A program made the position numbers and the translations under genes. From NCBI GenBank assembly GCA_963695405.1, contig CAVOGJ010000003.1, positions 1 to 64,000 on the forward strand: a stretch of 64,000 bases of DNA, written 5' to 3'. The stretch comes from an uncultured Planctomycetales bacterium (lineage in GTDB: Bacteria > Planctomycetota > Planctomycetia > Pirellulales > Pirellulaceae). A model generated the notes under the pieces. The model had not been told where the DNA came from. It saw nothing but the letters and a program-made list of their open reading frames with translations, and ran no database searches. Shown piece after piece: positions 60,259 through 64,000 of this stretch; position 1 is the first letter of the stretch, and every line of letters starts with the position of its first letter.

Positions 60259-61572
60259 CTAGACAAAGGAGGTGATTCCCGGGATAGCGACGGGCGGCTC
60301 TTCGACGTCGTTCCAAGCGTAGTTCGCTGGGCCCAGCCTTTCCTGGCTGGCAGTGACTTGGTCCCAGGAAAGGAGTTGCCCGGTATAAGTTGCCATGCGT
60401 CCCATGATGGCGATCATCGTGCTATTGCACATATAGTCGCCGTTGTCGATTGGATCGCCCCGGCGAATCGAGGCGAATAGGTGTTGATGTTCGACATCAT
60501 ACATACTGGGCGACTTTTTCTGGTAATGCCACGTGCCATCCTTGCCTTCAATCCGATTCGCAATGATCCAGGCTTTTCCGTGGGTACCCAGCACGACTTC
60601 CTCGACATCGTTGGCACATCCTGACTGTTGGCGGCAGGTAAAATACACTTTGACTCCGCTCGGATATTCGAACGTCACGGTGTGGTGGTCATAGATGTTT
60701 CCAAATTGGGATCCGGTGCGTTGCTGGCGGCCGCCCAAGCCGACAGCAGAGGTGGGACTGGCGTCACCATTCAGCCATGCCGTCTTGTCGAGGCTGTGGA
60801 TCGCCTGCTCGACAATATGGTCGCCGGAGAGCCAGGTGTAATAAAGCCAGTTCCTTACCTGATATTCCATGCGGCTCCAGTCAGGCTTGTCGCCGCGGTG
60901 CCAGAGCGTCCCCGTGTTGTAGGCCGATTGAATGGCGACCAGATCACCAATCGCGCCGTCCTGAATACGCCGGATCGTTTCGACAACCGCCGGTTCGTAG
61001 CGCCAACATAACCCAGATACGACGGCCAGGCCTTTTTGCCGGGCGATCGCGCAGGCAGCCTGCACGCGTTTCACCCCCGGGGCGTCGACCGCAATCGGCT
61101 TTTCGATGAAACAGTGTTTGCCGGCCGCAACCACCGCTTCGAAATGCTGCGGTCGAAAGTGCGGCGGTGTGGCGAGGATGACGACGTCGACGTCCGCATC
61201 GATCACGCGTTGGTACGCATCAAAGCCGACGAAACAATTGTCCTCGGTAACCGCGTACTTGCCTGCCGGCGCCGAGCTTTCCATCGTCTGCTGTGCCAGC
61301 TTGATGCGGTCGGCGAAGGTATCGCCCATGGCCACGAGCTTGCAGTTTTCGTCGGCCATCATGGCGTTGACCGCAGCTCCCGAGCCACGGCCGCCGCAAC
61401 CGACGAGCCCAATGCGGAGGCAATCGTCTCCGCTCGCATGAACGGCTCGTGGGATCGCCAGCGTCCCAGCCACCGCCGTCCCTGCAATGGCCTGCCGCAG
61501 GAATTCCCTGCGGACCGTCTGATGCTCCAGCGGGTCTCGGCCTTGTGTCGTTTCTGTTGGCGAAGGCATCAC
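60259..61572 (-). CDS. Gfo/Idh/MocA-family oxidoreductase with Tat signal
   Basis: Tat motif RREFLRQAIAGTAVAGTLA; Rossmann LRIGLVGCGGRG; family-typical EKP motif (CFIEKPIA). Confidence 0.85.
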   Translation of the reverse strand: MMPSPTETTQGRDPLEHQTVRREFLRQAIAGTAVAGTLAIPRAVHASGDDCLRIGLVGCGGRGSGAAVNAMMADENCKLVAMGDTFADRIKLAQQTMESSAPAGKYAVTEDNCFVGFDAYQRVIDADVDVVILATPPHFRPQHFEAVVAAGKHCFIEKPIAVDAPGVKRVQAACAIARQKGLAVVSGLCWRYEPAVVETIRRIQDGAIGDLVAIQSAYNTGTLWHRGDKPDWSRMEYQVRNWLYYTWLSGDHIVEQAIHSLDKTAWLNGDASPTSAVGLGGRQQRTGSQFGNIYDHHTVTFEYPSGVKVYFTCRQQSGCANDVEEVVLGTHGKAWIIANRIEGKDGTWHYQKKSPSMYDVEHQHLFASIRRGDPIDNGDYMCNSTMIAIMGRMATYTGQLLSWDQVTASQERLGPANYAWNDVEEPPVAIPGITSFV

Positions 61573-61671
61573 GTCTCCTATTCTCTATCCCGTCATTCGT
61601 GAGCGGAAAGTGGCGAGCCGCCAGTGACTTACCAGCAAAGCTTCCGACGGACATGAGCGAGAAGGAAAAAT

Positions 61672-62597
61672 TCAAGTATTGTTCAAAGACAACAGGTGTT
61701 CGTCCATTCGCTCGGCGATCTCGCGGAGGCGGTCGACACCGCCACCCGCCACTTCGGCCGTGCACCAACCTACATAACCGACTTCTTGCAGCGCCGCGCG
61801 GACTTCAGGCCAATTCACATCGCCGTCGCCGATCTTGCAGAATCCATTGGCGACACCCCAGTCTTTCACGTCGAGTTTTACGATCCGACGACCAAGCGTT
61901 CGAATCCAATTCTCGCTGGGGCCGAACTTGCGGGCGTTGCCAATGTCAAAATAGACACCCACCCACGGACTGGCGATCTCGTCAACGTAATCCCGCAACT
62001 GTTCCGGCGTTTCACAGAAACCATTCCAGACGTTCTCGATGAGGATGCGGACGCCCCATCGCGAGGCCCACGGAAGGACTTTCTTGATTTCCACGATCGA
62101 GCGCTGCCAGACTTCGTCATGGGATTCCCGTTCGCCGACGCGTCCCGGCACCAGTAGCACCGCCGACCCATGCCAATGATAGGTGTCCCGCAAGGCCTGC
62201 AGCAGGGCCCCGCGACCTCGATCGCGGGTGGCGGCGTCGGGCGAAGACAGTCGTTGCTCCCAATGCACGCTGTCGACGACCCCGTGAATGGGCATGCCCG
62301 TCTTGTCACTTGCCAGCCTGGCTTCCTCTAGCCCGAGATCCGAGGGGCTATTCAGTTCGACTCCGTCGAAGCCGAGCTGCTGCTGGACTTCAAATTTCTC
62401 CAGCACGGACCCAGGGACATCGACCATTCCCCATTTGACAGCCTTCAAAAGTCTTGGTGCTGCCATGCCGGGCCGAGCCAGTTGTGCCTGCACGGTGAAA
62501 TCCGAAGCCAGCACGGAGCCAGCCATCGTTGCGAGTGTAGCGCCCAAGAATCGACGGCGGGTGTCGAATCGGTGGGGGTCGATAAGTGAGGTTGTCA
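61672..62597 (-). CDS. Tat-secreted sugar phosphate isomerase/epimerase (xylose isomerase-like TIM barrel)
   Basis: GTG start with GGAGG RBS; Tat signal TRRRFLGATLATMAGSVLA; TIM-barrel family pattern; upstream of and co-oriented with the Gfo/Idh/MocA gene. Confidence 0.7.
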
Positions 62598-62918
62598 CGT
62601 AAACCTCCGCGGGGAGCCGACCAGCGGCCAAAATGCCAGGAAAGCCGATCTCCGTGTGCTGGAAACTTCCTGGCGGGCGATTCTTCTCCAGGGCATCGGG
62701 TCCGAATCCTCGCAAATCGGCGATGGCGCGTATTCGGCCCGCAAGGCTCGTGCGCGCCCCACCGTCCTCCCCGGAAGGCCGGACCGCTGAGGATGACATT
62801 TTTGGTAACTTCACTAGATTTGCCGCGGCCAGTGTACCCCTTTCGCGGCCCAGAGACTACAGTCCCGTAAGCCTTTTTGCCGCTTCGTGCCGTTCTCCCG
62901 TTCGTCCCTCGCTACGCC

Positions 62919-64000
62919 ATGTCGACAGTTCGCATCTCAGCATCCGTCGCCGACAGTGAAGTCGAAGGCCGACTGAACCGACTGGTGGGCCGCGCGGTGG
63001 CCATTCTTGGTTCGCATGCCGTCATTGACGCTTATGCGGTGATCGTCCCTTCCATGATCGGTTTGATCGAAGCGCGCTGTCGGCTGTCGGCGATCGAAAC
63101 ATCGATTGTGGTGGCGTCGATTACGGTGATTAGCGGACTATGCCAACCGATTATCGCGGCCATTAGCGATCGGTACGATACCCGCCTCTTCGGCGGTCTG
63201 GGACTTGGCGTCGCGGCCGTCTTCCTTTGCCAGATTGGTCGGGCCGAGACCTTTTCCCAACTGCTGGTCCTGGTACTGATCGGCTACTTTGGTGTCGGCA
63301 TCTTTCATCCGATTGCGGCCTCATCGGTGGGCCAGTTGGGTGGTCGGAGACGATCGCTTGCCATGAGCGGCTTCTTCGTCTCGGGCATGTTGGGGGCGGC
63401 CATTGGCGCCGTGGCCTTGCCACGATTCGTCGGCACGGCCAGTGGGCTGACAAGACTCGAGTTACTCACCTGGCCCGGACTTGTCCTGGCGATCTTCCTG
63501 CACTTCCTCCTGCGGCGTGCGACCCATCGGCAATCGGCACCAAGTTCGCAGATTCGCTGGGAGGGAACCCACTTGCGCCAGCGGTGGCGCGGCCTGTGGT
63601 TACTGTACGCCAGCACAACGATGCGAGCGGCCGTCTACGTTACGATCCAGTACATGTACTTGCGGTACGCGCAGCAATACGTGGCGTCGCAGGCAACGGT
63701 CGTTCGGACGAGCACCGAGATCGCGAATCTGGCGGCACCGATCGTTGGCGATCTGGTCTCGATGACGATTGTCGGCATGGCCATCGGCGGTTTAGTGTGC
63801 GGCGTACTCGTACGTCACGGGCGGGAGCGCTGGCCGCTGGTGCTCGTGCCGATTTTCTTTGCCCCCGCGGTCGTGCTGCTTCCGCTCGGTCCGCCCTCCG
63901 CTGCTCGCTGGCTAGGCTTGCTGTCGGCCGTAGGCTTCGCCTCGCTCTCACCGGTAGCGCTTTCCCTGGCGCAACGCCTGCTTCCCCACCGTACCAGCTT
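62919..64000 (+). CDS. MFS transporter (3' end runs off the window)
   Basis: Open frame from ATG 62919 to the window end, with ~10 TM helices and the MFS loop motif ISDRYDTRLFGGLG. Absent from the ORF track because no stop lies within the window. Confidence 0.65.
   Translation, partial: MSTVRISASVADSEVEGRLNRLVGRAVAILGSHAVIDAYAVIVPSMIGLIEARCRLSAIETSIVVASITVISGLCQPIIAAISDRYDTRLFGGLGLGVAAVFLCQIGRAETFSQLLVLVLIGYFGVGIFHPIAASSVGQLGGRRRSLAMSGFFVSGMLGAAIGAVALPRFVGTASGLTRLELLTWPGLVLAIFLHFLLRRATHRQSAPSSQIRWEGTHLRQRWRGLWLLYASTTMRAAVYVTIQYMYLRYAQQYVASQATVVRTSTEIANLAAPIVGDLVSMTIVGMAIGGLVCGVLVRHGRERWPLVLVPIFFAPAVVLLPLGPPSAARWLGLLSAVGFASLSPVALSLAQRLLPHRTS

Noticed and set aside
1-64000. Search for tRNA, rRNA, transposase or integrase genes
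   Set aside because: No GTTCGA(A/T)TCC T-loop plus acceptor-stem combinations, no rRNA-like conserved blocks, and no DDE or tyrosine-recombinase motifs were seen in any long ORF.

Overview
High-GC (~63%) bacterial chromosome segment. Gene content and protein architectures point to a Planctomycete-like genome: PEP-CTERM protein, TIGR03000 'plancto' domains, cyclophilin-dockerin fusion, Tat-signal Gfo/Idh/MocA oxidoreductase and xylose-isomerase-like TIM barrels, a giant acidic FHA protein. Most of the window is core housekeeping. This includes a dense tRNA-modification set (trmB, queF, queE, queG, dusB, truA, mnmG), the rpmE-prfA-prmC translation genes, metH, asd, serA, accA, trpD, fabZ-like, degP, and a DksA/TraR protein. 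Accessory or unusual parts are listed here. (i) A ~2.7 kb low-GC islet (1.2-3.9 kb) with a P27-family phage terminase small subunit and small membrane ORFs. (ii) A five-gene minus-strand operon: Pro-rich membrane protein, degenerate MinD/BY-kinase-like ATPase, ExeA/GspA-like AAA ATPase, NfeD, flotillin. (iii) A secreted Cys/Gly-repeat TIGR03000 protein followed by a translationally coupled membrane-protein/HTTM (SdpB-like) pair. (iv) An unknown protein / SNF2 helicase / TerB-like trio flanked by an 18-bp x4 tandem repeat. (v) A 4 x ~130 bp tandem repeat array in a divergent intergenic region. (vi) A Tat-secreted SBP56 (methanethiol-oxidase-like) protein. At least six conserved genes (trpD, queG, accA, MOSC, SBP56, PEP-CTERM) are each split by single frameshifts. 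Two sit exactly at homopolymer runs (G6>G5, A5>A4) and three at (CG)n tracts. This pattern fits assembly indel errors better than real pseudogenes. No rRNA, tRNA, CRISPR array or transposase was found.
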